A DNA stretch of 64,000 nt from Phycisphaerae bacterium (GTDB lineage: Bacteria; Planctomycetota; Phycisphaerae; UBA1845): contig CAXXGO010000003.1 in assembly GCA_963666835.2 (NCBI GenBank), forward strand, positions 128,001-192,000, read 5' to 3'. Position numbers and translations under genes: made by a program. The notes beneath the pieces were generated by a model. That model saw only the letters and a list, made by a program, of their open reading frames with translations. It had not been told where the DNA came from and did no database searches. Shown here piece after piece: positions 18,231 to 28,358 of the stretch. Each line of letters begins with the position of its first letter. Position 1 is the stretch's first letter.

Positions 18231-19601
18231 TCACTCCGGCTGCGGTGGGCGACGTTCCTCGGAGCCGGCGGCTGTGCGAGAGCGGAACACTCGCGCGATC
18301 AACAGGGCGATGATGATGGCGATGAAGGGCTCGCAAGGGGCTCGGTATCGCACCATGACGTGCGTCAGGCAGTACACGACAGAGAATGCCAGGGCCATTC
18401 CGATCAACCACCACACGTCCGGTCCGGGCCGCCGGACCAGGAGTAGAGTCAACACTATCAGCAGGCACTCGACGCTGAGGAAGATCGTGACCGTCTGTCG
18501 GGCTGGAGACGTCGGCCAACCGCTTCCTCCCGGCGGGGTGTGACTGAATGTAGTTCCAAGCCAGAAATCCACGGCGCGGATGGCGAAGAGACGAGCATAG
18601 CGACCCGGATCCGCCGCGATGGCGGCACGGGCGTGGCGTTCCTGCAACTTGAAGTACTCTTGCTCTCCGATGGCGATTACCTTTTGTTGCTCACGGCTGC
18701 TGCCCAACGGGTATTGTCGCAGAAACATCTCGGAGGGTTGTGTATCCGCTTCCGGGCAGACCCCCTGCCAGAGATTGAGCATGAACCCTCCGCGAATGTA
18801 AATGAGTTTGTCGAAGGCGCGGTAGTTGCGGATTGTCCACGGGGTGATTACCACGAGCCAACCGAGAACGACTACCGCAACCGTACCCGCCACGCGGTAG
18901 AGACTCTTCTTCCTTCCGCATCGGGTGATTGACCATAAGACCAGCAACGGATAGCAGGCTGTCAGCGCCGGATTGAGGAGGGCGAGTCCCCCAAGGAGCA
19001 CGCCCAGCCCGAACCTCGCCCACCACCCTGCAGGCTGCTCTGACTGACGAACGGCAACCCACGTGACCAGGACGGTGCCTAAGACGAACAGGTCAACGTC
19101 CCAGATTACTCCGGAGAACCCGATTAGCGTGGGATTCGCGGTGGCAATGACGGCCGCAAGCCAACCGGCGGTCCGTCCGCCGAGGCGTCGGGCAACGAGA
19201 AAGACCATGATGGAGGCCAGGGCCGTTGCGAGGGCGTTGATGGTCTGCAGTGCGACCGTGGCGGCAGTGGTTTCGACGCCGAACAGGCGATACACGCCAG
19301 CGACTAAAACAGCGTACGCCGGAGGCATCAGGCTGGAAGGCGCGTTGGTGATCTCCTTGGTGACCAGAGGAGTGGTGAGCGTTCCCTCGGTCAGAAAACG
19401 CTGCCCGACCGTTACGTACTCGCGATAATGGCCCGCGGGTGATTGTCCCAGACTGCCCACGACCGCGCAAAGGCCGAGGCGAAGCAGGAACGCGAGGGCG
19501 AACAGCGCGAACAAACGCAGAGACTCTCCCCTTGCCGGAGCCCGGCATGGGGAGAGTCGCGTGCAGGCAGAAGAACTTTCCACCGGTCCAGCCCTCACCA
19601 A
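18231..19601 (-). CDS. ArnT/GT39 (PMT-like) membrane glycosyltransferase
   Basis: Multi-TM protein; PPAY, PWTIRNY, RYRAP motifs; start uncertain. Confidence 0.75.
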   Translation of the reverse strand: MVRAGPVESSSACTRLSPCRAPARGESLRLFALFALAFLLRLGLCAVVGSLGQSPAGHYREYVTVGQRFLTEGTLTTPLVTKEITNAPSSLMPPAYAVLVAGVYRLFGVETTAATVALQTINALATALASIMVFLVARRLGGRTAGWLAAVIATANPTLIGFSGVIWDVDLFVLGTVLVTWVAVRQSEQPAGWWARFGLGVLLGGLALLNPALTACYPLLVLWSITRCGRKKSLYRVAGTVAVVVLGWLVVITPWTIRNYRAFDKLIYIRGGFMLNLWQGVCPEADTQPSEMFLRQYPLGSSREQQKVIAIGEQEYFKLQERHARAAIAADPGRYARLFAIRAVDFWLGTTFSHTPPGGSGWPTSPARQTVTIFLSVECLLIVLTLLLVRRPGPDVWWLIGMALAFSVVYCLTHVMVRYRAPCEPFIAIIIALLIARVFRSRTAAGSEERRPPQPE

Positions 19602-19622
19602 GGCGAAACTCGTCTTCGGGGG

Positions 19623-20669
19623 CTAATGTTCCAGAACGAATCTGACGGCGCGCGCAAGCCGCTGATCGCTATTGCCGGGGTAATCGCGTTTTACTCCTCC
19701 GTAGATGTCCAGATGGACGGCCAGCCCGGCCTCGGTGAAATCAGCTTCGATTTCCCGGACCTCGTCGGCTCGGCTGTCTTCCTCGCTGACCAGCAGGGCG
19801 AAGCTGGGCGCCGGAGACCGCAAGCCGCTTGCCGTTTTTATCAGTGTTTTGTCGTACGCAGGGGCGACGGCAACGGCTCCTCGGATCTTCATCATGTGTC
19901 GATAAGCGGATACCAGCGCCGCGACGCCGCCCTCTGAGAAGCCGGCGACGGCGATGCGCTTATCATCAATGTTGTACTTTCTGATTGCAGCTTCGAGCGC
20001 CTGCTCTATTGCATAATCGGCTTCGTGGGAGCGCTCTATTGTGTTGCCCCAGCCAACCCCGCCGCCCTTGGCGGGACGAGTGGCTCGCGGCAAGTACATG
20101 ATGGCGCCAAGGTGTTCCGCCGGCGCTTTCCAGTGTTTCGCACATTCCTCGGCAGTCCGGCCTTCGCCGTGCATGACAATCAAGAGCGGGGCCGACTTCT
20201 TGGGGTCGTACGAGGACGGCACGACCTCCAATGGAGGGTTCTTGGCCAGAGCCTCGGTGAACTCCTTCCAGGAAGCCAGCCGGTTCTTGCGAATGTCGTC
20301 GAGGATCTTCTTGAAGGTCTCGTTAGTCCACAGTATAGCCAAATCGGGTTCGGTCTTTGCCAGCTTGATTTCCGGAAAGCCGTTGTCGGCCGCCTTCTGA
20401 AACCACTTCAGCGCGTTGTCCTTGTCGCCCTGAAGGGCGTACACCCGGGCCAAGTTAAACGGGAACATGTAGTCCTTCGGTGATGTTTCGCAGAGCTTCA
20501 GTCCGATTTTGATCGCGTCTTCAAATTCTCCCGCCTTGTATGCGGCGTCGAACTTCTGACTGAGATCGTTCTGCTTCGCGGAATCTTCCGGCCCGGCAAC
20601 GGCTGCGTTTGTCAGAAGAGCCGCGAGGACAATGGCCCCGAACTGACGGTACGATCTTGTGGATGACAT
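19623..20669 (-). CDS. Secreted TPR + alpha/beta hydrolase (esterase-like) protein
   Basis: Signal peptide; TPR (FNLARVYALQGDKDNALKWF); MHGEG and GFSEG nucleophile elbow. Confidence 0.8.
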   Translation of the reverse strand: MSSTRSYRQFGAIVLAALLTNAAVAGPEDSAKQNDLSQKFDAAYKAGEFEDAIKIGLKLCETSPKDYMFPFNLARVYALQGDKDNALKWFQKAADNGFPEIKLAKTEPDLAILWTNETFKKILDDIRKNRLASWKEFTEALAKNPPLEVVPSSYDPKKSAPLLIVMHGEGRTAEECAKHWKAPAEHLGAIMYLPRATRPAKGGGVGWGNTIERSHEADYAIEQALEAAIRKYNIDDKRIAVAGFSEGGVAALVSAYRHMMKIRGAVAVAPAYDKTLIKTASGLRSPAPSFALLVSEEDSRADEVREIEADFTEAGLAVHLDIYGGVKRDYPGNSDQRLARAVRFVLEH

Positions 20670-21009
20670 ACTTGATCCTCCCCATTCGGCAATCAGCACG
20701 GCCGAGGCACGTCGGCCGTGCGAAGATCGCCGACGTAGAACGTCGCCGCCGGCACAACCAGGCCGCCGCGACGCAGTGAACTACAGGTCTACCTACCCCT
20801 ATTGATCGGTTTCGAATCCGACACACTTTTAGTGTGTTACGAAACCGGCGTTGCTTCCTTCGTTTGCCCGCGGAGGGCTTCCTCCTTTCGCGTCACTGCG
20901 TGGCCGACGCCGGCAAACTGCCGGCAAGACAATTACGGTCTCTGGTCGTTCGCCCGCAAGAGACGCGGTTGCCGCCCGGCTCGCCTGGTTTGGCTTCGCC
21001 GCCGGCACA

Positions 21010-21585
21010 CTAGGCCAGTTGGTACTGCCCGAACCCGATCTTCTTGACGTTCTTCAATTGGGGCAGTGCATTGCTGACGGCTTTGGTTAGGTCTTTGGCC
21101 TTCGACTTGTAGCCGGATGCCAGGATTTTGGTCCCGATCTCTCGAGGGCTCATCGGCTTAGTGCGCTGCCCGAGCACCTTGACTATGTAGCTCTTCAGGG
21201 AACCCTGTCGCACGCCACCTCCAGCGGGGCGACCGCGTCGTACCGGCGCTGAAACTGCTTTCACACCAGCCGATGGAGCCGAACCCATCACGGCCATGGC
21301 GTCGCCAATTGCTGCAAGCTTGGCGTCGATCTGGCTACGTTCGGAAACCAGCGAGTCGTAACAGTGTTGCATGTCAGCGACCAACCTGGTCATATCCTCT
21401 GCGACCGGGAGGGCGGCGCCGGCCTGAACCGCCTTGCGTTTTGGGGCGGCCTTCCGCAGCGCCGGCCTTGCCTTGGCCGAGGCTTTCTTGCCTATCCCAT
21501 GCGTCGAGCTCATGTGCCTTGCCAGATGCGCGGGCATCGCGAACGTTCGGTCACATTTGGTGCATTTGAGTCTGCCGCGGGCCAT
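21010..21585 (-). CDS. Basic DNA-binding protein: C2H2 zinc finger, coiled coil, AT-hook-like motif and winged helix
   Basis: CTKC-x3-F-x5-L-x2-H-x4-H; RRGRP; C-terminal wHTH-like segment; AAGGAG RBS. Confidence 0.75.
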   Translation of the reverse strand: MARGRLKCTKCDRTFAMPAHLARHMSSTHGIGKKASAKARPALRKAAPKRKAVQAGAALPVAEDMTRLVADMQHCYDSLVSERSQIDAKLAAIGDAMAVMGSAPSAGVKAVSAPVRRGRPAGGGVRQGSLKSYIVKVLGQRTKPMSPREIGTKILASGYKSKAKDLTKAVSNALPQLKNVKKIGFGQYQLA

Positions 21586-21987
21586 GTGAGAATCTCCTTT
21601 GTAGTAAGTAATAGGTAACCAAGTTCGAAGCACCATACGCGACGTACCGAGCACTCGCAAGTGGACCTGTGGCAAAACCGCGGGATTTCGCTGACTTGCA
21701 GCTTTCGTATTAAAGCAGCCGTTTCTTAGTTGCCATGGGAGTTGCGTATGTCATCATTCATGAGCCCGTTGTCTCGACGAGTAGTCCGGAGATCCTCGCG
21801 ACTATCGACGAGCGGGCGAGCTTAAGAGACTTCTGATGTTCGTTCGCCCCGTTGCGACAAATGCAGCCAATTGCCGCGCGCGGTTAGCACGCGTCGCTGG
21901 AACGGCGGCGTTCGGTTCGATTAAACGCCATGCGCGCCGGTGAGTTAACTGCGGTGGCCGAGGAATCACCGCCTGTTGACTCTGTCC

Positions 21988-22002
21988 TGGCACTTGGTTT
22001 GC
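21988..22002 (+). promoter_or_regulatory. Sigma54 (-24/-12) promoter motif
   Basis: TGGCAC-TTGGT-TTGC with exact GG-N10-GC spacing in a long intergenic region. Confidence 0.6.
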
Positions 22003-22396
22003 TAGTATTCCCACAGTATGTCTAAAGGATACTGACTCTCAGTTGATCGGTGGGGTCGACGCGTGGACGGAGAAATCGGCACGCCGCTTCGATGCCAAGT
22101 AGCGCGGGGAGGGCGATTCCGGTCAAGGCCGACCGGCTTTCGGTGGAGTAGCTCCGACGGTTATGCGTGGGAGTCTGGCATCCTGGGGCGCTGCGAGTAT
22201 ATTGGGATGCGCAGTTTCAAGATGTAACGCGCTCGCGAGCGGGCGTCGGCTCTGCCGTTGCGGCGGTGAAGCGCGTTTTTTCACAGTGCCCGGGAGGGCG
22301 CTAGGCGTAGGTTTCGGTCACGGCCCGGCGCAGGGTCTTCGTCGGCCGGGCGGTTGGGCGGAGCATGCGTTATGGTCATCGGGAGGAAAAACGGAC

Positions 22397-22804
22397 ATGG
22401 CTGGTGAGCACATCGTAATCATCGACGACGATCCTGACGTGCGCGAAGCGCTGACTTTGATGTTGGAGCCGGCCGGCTACCGGCTGACCTGTTGTTCGAC
22501 GGGTCCTGAGGGAACTGACGCCATTCGAAATGATCCGCCTGACTTGATTTTGTTGGATATCATGCTGGCGTCTCCCTCGGAGGGGTTTCACCTTGCTTAC
22601 GAATTGAAGAAGGACGAGGCGCTCAGCGGCATCCCTATCATCATGATTTCGGCGATTGGCCAAACGATGGGGATGGACTATGCGAAGGAGCTGGGCAGCG
22701 AGTATGTCCCCGCGGAGAAGTTCCTCGACAAACCTCTGAAGGCGGATGTGGTACTTGGGGCCGTTAGTGAGGCGCTTGCGAAGCGACCCGGAGGCGGTGA
22801 GTAG
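22397..22804 (+). CDS. Stand-alone response regulator receiver
   Basis: IIDDD, LLDIML, MISA, FLDKP; GGAGG RBS. Confidence 0.9.
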   Translation: MAGEHIVIIDDDPDVREALTLMLEPAGYRLTCCSTGPEGTDAIRNDPPDLILLDIMLASPSEGFHLAYELKKDEALSGIPIIMISAIGQTMGMDYAKELGSEYVPAEKFLDKPLKADVVLGAVSEALAKRPGGGE

Positions 22805-22836
22805 CATTCCGGCGGGGCCTAGAGGCGGACTGGACC

Positions 22837-24321
22837 ATGCAGGGCGTGCAAAGCCTTAGTCGCCTTCTTCCACACGGGAAGTTCCGTGCGCGGGTGTTGC
22901 AGGCAATGATCCGCCACCACTGGTTCATCCGGATGCGGTGGGTCATTGTGTTGGCGACGGCGGCGCTGCTGGTCATCGAGTGGCTGCAGATGCCGGGGCT
23001 GCGCAGGCCTTCCGCCGTTGCTTTAGCCGTTAGTTGGCTCGCAATAATAAACTTGGTTTGGATGCTCGTCGGCAGGGGGTTGTTGGTGGCCGGCGGCGAG
23101 GGCGACACGATTGCTCCGGGGGTTCTCCGCCGCGTCACGGTGTTCACTAATGCGCAGATGATGGTAGACCTGCTCTTCCTTACCATAATTCTGCGGTATA
23201 CCGGCGGAATCGAGAACCCGATGGCGATCTTCTACCTGTTTCATGTGTTGATCGCCACGCTACTGTTGACCTCGGCGAACGCACTACTGCAGGGGTTCTG
23301 GGCTCTGCTCCTATACAGTGTATTAGCGGTCGGAGAGTGTTGTGGGTTCATCCGGCCGCACTATCCGTTCATGGCCTCGATGGCGGAGTCTAAGCTGTAC
23401 CTGGATTGGGTCTATGTGTTGACTAGCGTGGGCGTGTTGGCCGCCGGCGTGTTTGGGACGGCATACTTCACCCAACAGATCTCCAGTCGCTTGGATGACC
23501 AGGAGGGGGAACTGTACGAGGCGAACAACGCGCTTCGGCGGAGCCAGGTGGCCATTCAAGATCTGCAGGCCAGGCGGTCGAGATTCATGCTGACGGCGGC
23601 TCACCAGCTAAAAGGCCCCCTTGCCGGGATCGAAACGTTGGCGGGGTTGATTCGCGACCGGGTAGTCGGAGCCGACGCTTTGGATGGCGTGGTGACGCGG
23701 ATTGTGTCGCGGTGTCAGCAGGCGATCGTCCAGGTGACTGAATTGCTCACGCTGGCGCGGGTGCAGGAGGCGGCTCCGTTGAAACACCAAGCGGCGGACA
23801 CGCCGGTCGCCGAAGTCCTGGGGAAGGTAGTCAGGAGTTTCTCTGAGCTGGCGGCGTACAAGCGCATCGATTTGCAGTTTTCTCTGGAGTTGGGCGAAGG
23901 GGCGCTGGCCGCCGTAGACTCGCGGGACTTGGAGGATTGTATTAGCAATCTCGTTGATAATGCGATCAAATATACACCGGAGGGGGGCAAAGTCTGGGTG
24001 CGGGCGAGTCGCGACCACGAGACTATCTCGATTTCCGTCAAGGACAATGGAATGGGGATTGCTGAGGACTCGGAAGACGATTTGTTCGATCCGTTCCGGC
24101 GTGGTAACCTAGCGTTGGCGGCCAGCATTCCCGGGTCTGGTTTGGGGCTGGCCATCGTCCGCGAGGTTGTCGAACAGGCCGGCGGGCGGATTGAAGTGCG
24201 ATCTGCGGCCGGCGAGGGATCGGAGTTCACTCTGGTGTTACCCACGCACGATGCGCCGGTGGCGGCAGTGCGGGGAACGCGGACAACCATTATGAGTAGC
24301 CACGCGTCGCCCGCAGAGTGA
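22837..24321 (+). CDS. Membrane sensor histidine kinase
   Basis: About 6 TM segments; H-box AHQLKGPL; NLVDNAIKY, DNGMGI, GSGLGL. Confidence 0.92.
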   Translation: MQGVQSLSRLLPHGKFRARVLQAMIRHHWFIRMRWVIVLATAALLVIEWLQMPGLRRPSAVALAVSWLAIINLVWMLVGRGLLVAGGEGDTIAPGVLRRVTVFTNAQMMVDLLFLTIILRYTGGIENPMAIFYLFHVLIATLLLTSANALLQGFWALLLYSVLAVGECCGFIRPHYPFMASMAESKLYLDWVYVLTSVGVLAAGVFGTAYFTQQISSRLDDQEGELYEANNALRRSQVAIQDLQARRSRFMLTAAHQLKGPLAGIETLAGLIRDRVVGADALDGVVTRIVSRCQQAIVQVTELLTLARVQEAAPLKHQAADTPVAEVLGKVVRSFSELAAYKRIDLQFSLELGEGALAAVDSRDLEDCISNLVDNAIKYTPEGGKVWVRASRDHETISISVKDNGMGIAEDSEDDLFDPFRRGNLALAASIPGSGLGLAIVREVVEQAGGRIEVRSAAGEGSEFTLVLPTHDAPVAAVRGTRTTIMSSHASPAE

Positions 24322-24344
24322 GGTAGGCGCTGGGAGAAAGACCG

Positions 24345-25397
24345 ATGCTCGACCGAATCGTGAAGCGCAGCCGGCTCCTTGAGCTGGTCGACGAGCTTGC
24401 TTTGTCTCGCAAGATTATCGGCCCGGTGAAGCGTTTTGATCATCACTTCTACGAGCGTGTGGACCGTGCCAGCGAGATTGACTTGGATTTTAAGTACTGC
24501 GTATACAGCCCCAAGGCAGTGCTATTCCCGGCGCACGATACGTTGTTCCAGTTCAAGCGGGGCGCCGGCGGGTTCGAGACGAAGACCTCCGTGGACGATG
24601 CCTCATACGCGATTGTGGGCGTGCACCCATGTGATGTGAACGCCATCCGGTTGCTGGATCACGTGTTTGCGAACACGAACCGCGATGAGCACTACCTGGC
24701 GCGCCGCCGCCAGACGTTTATCATCGGGATTGACTGCGCGGCTCCTTGCACTAACGGCGTGTTCTGCGGCGATATGGGTGGTAATGAAGCTCCGGACGGG
24801 TTCGATCTGATGTGCTCGGCGTTGCCGGCGACGGATGATTCCGGCGACGTGCGTTACGGGGTGGTCTTCGGAACGGATGCCGGGCGGGAGTTCCTCCTGT
24901 ATGCTCAGGCGGGGGAGTCTCCGACTGTGGAGGACGAGCGAGCGTTCGCTCGCTATCGGGCCGAGAAGGAGGCCGCCTTCCCGCCGGTGATTCCTGACAA
25001 CGTGGAGACGCTCCCCAGTTTGCTCGACCGGAGCTACGACTCGCTGCTTTGGGAAGCGACCGGGCGGCGCTGTTACTCTTGCGGAAGCTGCAATCTGAGC
25101 TGCCCTACGTGCTATTGTTTCAATACTTACGACGAACTGGATATGACCCTGGCCGCGGGGGAGCGTAAGCGGGAGTGGGACGGATGCCAACTTCGCGAGT
25201 TTGCGATGGTGGCCGGCGACCACAACTTCCGCTCGCAATCGGCGGCGCGCCTGCGGCATCGGATTTACCGTAAGGCGAAGTGGATCAAGGAACGTGAGGG
25301 GATTGCCGGGTGCGTAGGTTGCGCCCGATGCGATCGGGCCTGCACGGCCAAGATCAGCTCAGTGGAGATCTACAGACAACTCGCTGAGGAGGCATGA
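24345..25397 (+). CDS. hydB: Group 3b [NiFe]-hydrogenase beta subunit (AsrA-like 4Fe-4S protein)
   Basis: CYSCGSCNLSCPTCYC, CVGCARCDRAC. Confidence 0.88.
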   Translation: MLDRIVKRSRLLELVDELALSRKIIGPVKRFDHHFYERVDRASEIDLDFKYCVYSPKAVLFPAHDTLFQFKRGAGGFETKTSVDDASYAIVGVHPCDVNAIRLLDHVFANTNRDEHYLARRRQTFIIGIDCAAPCTNGVFCGDMGGNEAPDGFDLMCSALPATDDSGDVRYGVVFGTDAGREFLLYAQAGESPTVEDERAFARYRAEKEAAFPPVIPDNVETLPSLLDRSYDSLLWEATGRRCYSCGSCNLSCPTCYCFNTYDELDMTLAAGERKREWDGCQLREFAMVAGDHNFRSQSAARLRHRIYRKAKWIKEREGIAGCVGCARCDRACTAKISSVEIYRQLAEEA

Positions 25398-26257
25398 TGA
25401 TGACCCTGATCGAGTCCCATGGACCCGGAGGCGGGCGAAGTCTTTACGAGCCCGAACCTGCGGAGATCGTCTCGGTTCAGAAGCTAACCGAGCACGAGAA
25501 TCTCTACGGTTTGAGATTCACGAGCGGGCGGCCGCTCGGGCATGATCCCGGGCAATTCGTTCAGATCTCCTTGTTGGGGATCGGGGAGTGTCCGATCTCT
25601 GTCTGCTCGTCTCCGACGCGGCCGGACACGTTCGAACTGTGCGTTCGCCGGGTTGGGGAGGTGACCGAGCATGTCCATAAACTCAAGGACGGCGATTTGA
25701 TCGGCGTGCGGGGTCCGCTGGGGCACGGCTTTGAAGTCAACGACTTTCACGGCAAAGATGTGCTGATCGTGGCCGGCGGCTTGGGGATTGCCCCGGTTCG
25801 GTCTCTGATCCAGTACATCCTGGACGAGCGGAGCCGGTTCGGAGCTTTTCACCTTTTGTATGGGGCGCGGACTCCGGCGGAGCTGTTGTACCGGGATGAT
25901 GTACTTCGCTGGCGGGAGAGCGATGACGTCAATTTCCACGTTACCGTAGATCGTCCCGACGAGCAGTGGCGCGGGCACAGCGGAGTGGTAACGACTTTGT
26001 TCAGCGAGGTTCCCACCCTCAACCCGGACGAGACGATGGTGGTGATTGTGGGTCCCCCGGTGATGTTCAAGTTCGTGGTGGTGGAGGTGCTGGCGCGCCG
26101 CGTCCATCAGAAGAACATCTATTGTTCGTTGGAGCGTCGCATGAAGTGTGGGGTCGGAAAGTGCGGGCATTGCCAGGCGAATAACGTGTATGTCTGCCTA
26201 GAAGGTCCGGTGTTCAACTACGGACAACTTAAGGCTCTCAGGGAGGCGGTCGAGTAA
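25394..26257 (+). CDS. hydG: Group 3b [NiFe]-hydrogenase gamma subunit (FAD/NAD(P)-binding, 2Fe-2S)
   Basis: PGQF, GPLGHGF, AGGLG, ERRMKCGVGKCGHC. Confidence 0.9.
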   Translation: MMMTLIESHGPGGGRSLYEPEPAEIVSVQKLTEHENLYGLRFTSGRPLGHDPGQFVQISLLGIGECPISVCSSPTRPDTFELCVRRVGEVTEHVHKLKDGDLIGVRGPLGHGFEVNDFHGKDVLIVAGGLGIAPVRSLIQYILDERSRFGAFHLLYGARTPAELLYRDDVLRWRESDDVNFHVTVDRPDEQWRGHSGVVTTLFSEVPTLNPDETMVVIVGPPVMFKFVVVEVLARRVHQKNIYCSLERRMKCGVGKCGHCQANNVYVCLEGPVFNYGQLKALREAVE

Positions 26258-27000
26258 TGAAGCCGAAAATCGCCATTTTCAGCCTGACCGGTTGCGAGGG
26301 GTGCTCGTTAGCCATTCTCGAGTTGGAGAATGAGCTTCTGGACATCCTCGGTGCGGTCGAGATCGTCAACTTTCGAGAGGGAATGACCGAGCGAAGCTGG
26401 GATATTGACATCGGCTTTGTGGATGGTGCCGTCTCCACGCCGGAGGATGAGCGGGAGATTGCGCATTTTCGTGAGAGTTCAAAGGTGCTCGTGGCGATCG
26501 GGACGTGCGCCTGCAACGGCGGGCTCAACACGCTGAAGAACTACCAGGACGAGGACGACTATCGCAAGTGCGTCTACGGCGAGAACGCCGAGTGGTTCCC
26601 GACCATTCCGGCCCGCGGTATTTCCGCATTTGTAGATGTCGATTACGAACTGCCGGGCTGCCCGATGGTCAGAGAGGAGTTCCTGGCGTTCGTTAAGGCG
26701 GTGCTCGCGGGACGGAAGTTCCGATTACCGGAGTACCCGGTGTGTGTCGAGTGCAAGAAGAAGGGTAACCTGTGCCTCTACGAAAAGGGGGTTATCTGCC
26801 TCGGCCCGGTGGCCCGGGCCGGCTGCGGGGCTATCTGCCCGTCCTACGGATACAAGTGCGAGGCGTGCCGCGGGTTGGCCAGCGATGAGGCGGTGGCGGC
26901 GGCTGAGGTGAACCTGCGAGAACAGTATGACATTGATGTTAAGGATATCCTTGCGGACTTGCAGATGTTCGGGGCCTACCAGGCCAAGACTCTGCCGTAA
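26257..27000 (+). CDS. hydD: Group 3b [NiFe]-hydrogenase delta (small) subunit
   Basis: CEGC, GTCA, PGCP, VCVEC, CLGP...GCGAICP. Confidence 0.9.
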   Translation: MKPKIAIFSLTGCEGCSLAILELENELLDILGAVEIVNFREGMTERSWDIDIGFVDGAVSTPEDEREIAHFRESSKVLVAIGTCACNGGLNTLKNYQDEDDYRKCVYGENAEWFPTIPARGISAFVDVDYELPGCPMVREEFLAFVKAVLAGRKFRLPEYPVCVECKKKGNLCLYEKGVICLGPVARAGCGAICPSYGYKCEACRGLASDEAVAAAEVNLREQYDIDVKDILADLQMFGAYQAKTLP

Positions 27001-27048
27001 TGGAATGACCGTAACCGGATCAACTAATCGGCCGAAAGGAGGCCTTCC

Positions 27049-28353
27049 GTGAAGAATGTCACCATCGATGTCAAACACGTGACTCGAGTTGAGGGCCACG
27101 GGAACATCGCCGTGACCGTCAGCAACGGAGAGATCACCAGGCTGCAACTGCAGATCGTCGAAAGCCCGCGGTTTTTCGAAGCGTTTCTTCGGGGCCGGCG
27201 GTGGTACGAGGCGCCGCACATTACCTGTCGGATTTGCGGAATCTGCAGTGTGGGGCATACTTCGGCTTCGGTCCAGGCTATTGAGGCAGCCACTCAGATC
27301 AAGGTCACTGACCAGACCAGGATGCTGCGTAAGTTGCTCGTTAACGGCGAGGAACTGCAGAGCCATTACCTGCATCTGTACTTCCTGGCCGTTCCGGACT
27401 TTCTGGGCGTGGGTTCGGTTATTCCGTTGGCCTCGACCCATCCCGACGTCGTCAAACGTGCTCTGCGGATGAAGCGTTTGGCCAACGACATCTGTGGGAC
27501 CGTGGCCGGTCGGCACATCCACCCGATTGCGGTGGCTCCTGGGGGGATGACGCATTTGCCGCGGGCGGAGGACCTGCTGGGTCTGAAGCGGCGTTTGGAG
27601 GCGTCCCGTGCGGATCTGTTGGAGACCGCTAAGCTATACTCGTCACTGGAAATTCCCGATTTCACCCGCGAGACGGAGTTCGTTTCGCTCAAGGTCCCGG
27701 GCAATGGCGAGTACGCGTTCTACGACGGTGACATTGTTTCGACACTGCAGCCGGAGCCGACCAAGGTCGCCGATTATCGCGAGCGCGTAATCGAGACGGT
27801 GGTGGAGCATTCCGCGGCCAAGCACACCAGGTCGCCGAATTCCTCAAGCTACATGGTGGGCGCGCTGGCCCGGTTCAATAACAACGCCGCCCAGCTTCAT
27901 CCGGAGGCGAAGAAGGTCGCGAGCATGGTCGGGCTCGAACCGGTTTGCCACAACCCGTTCCACAACAACACCGCGCAGTTGATTGAGTGCGTTCACTGCA
28001 CGGAGGACTCCATCGAGCTGATTGACACGCTGTTGACGCAAGGGCTGAAAGAGGAGACTTTGGTCGAGCCGCAGTCGTTCGGCAAGGGGGCGGGCTCGTC
28101 GGATGTTCCCCGCGGGATTCTGTTCCACGAGTATGAACTCGACAGCGACGGCAAGATCTCCGGGGCCAACCTGATCATTCCGACCGGGCAGAACCTCGCC
28201 AATATCGAGGACGATATGCGGGCGATGATGCCCGAGCTGCTGGAATCGGGAATGACCAAAGAGGAGATCACGCTGCGCCTCGAGATGCTTGTGCGGGCTT
28301 ACGATCCGTGCATCTCTTGTGCGACGCACTTTTTGGACATCGACTGGCAGTAG
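27049..28353 (+). CDS. hydA: Group 3b [NiFe]-hydrogenase alpha (large) subunit
   Basis: RVEGHG, L1 RICGIC, L2 DPCISCATH followed by a short cleavable tail. Confidence 0.93.
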   Translation: MKNVTIDVKHVTRVEGHGNIAVTVSNGEITRLQLQIVESPRFFEAFLRGRRWYEAPHITCRICGICSVGHTSASVQAIEAATQIKVTDQTRMLRKLLVNGEELQSHYLHLYFLAVPDFLGVGSVIPLASTHPDVVKRALRMKRLANDICGTVAGRHIHPIAVAPGGMTHLPRAEDLLGLKRRLEASRADLLETAKLYSSLEIPDFTRETEFVSLKVPGNGEYAFYDGDIVSTLQPEPTKVADYRERVIETVVEHSAAKHTRSPNSSSYMVGALARFNNNAAQLHPEAKKVASMVGLEPVCHNPFHNNTAQLIECVHCTEDSIELIDTLLTQGLKEETLVEPQSFGKGAGSSDVPRGILFHEYELDSDGKISGANLIIPTGQNLANIEDDMRAMMPELLESGMTKEEITLRLEMLVRAYDPCISCATHFLDIDWQ

Positions 28354-28358
28354 CCGTT

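Noticed and set aside
21665..21720. c-di-GMP-I riboswitch-like GGCAAAACC motif
   Set aside because: Lacks the GNRA stem and GACGCAAAGC element, and is antisense to the nearest gene
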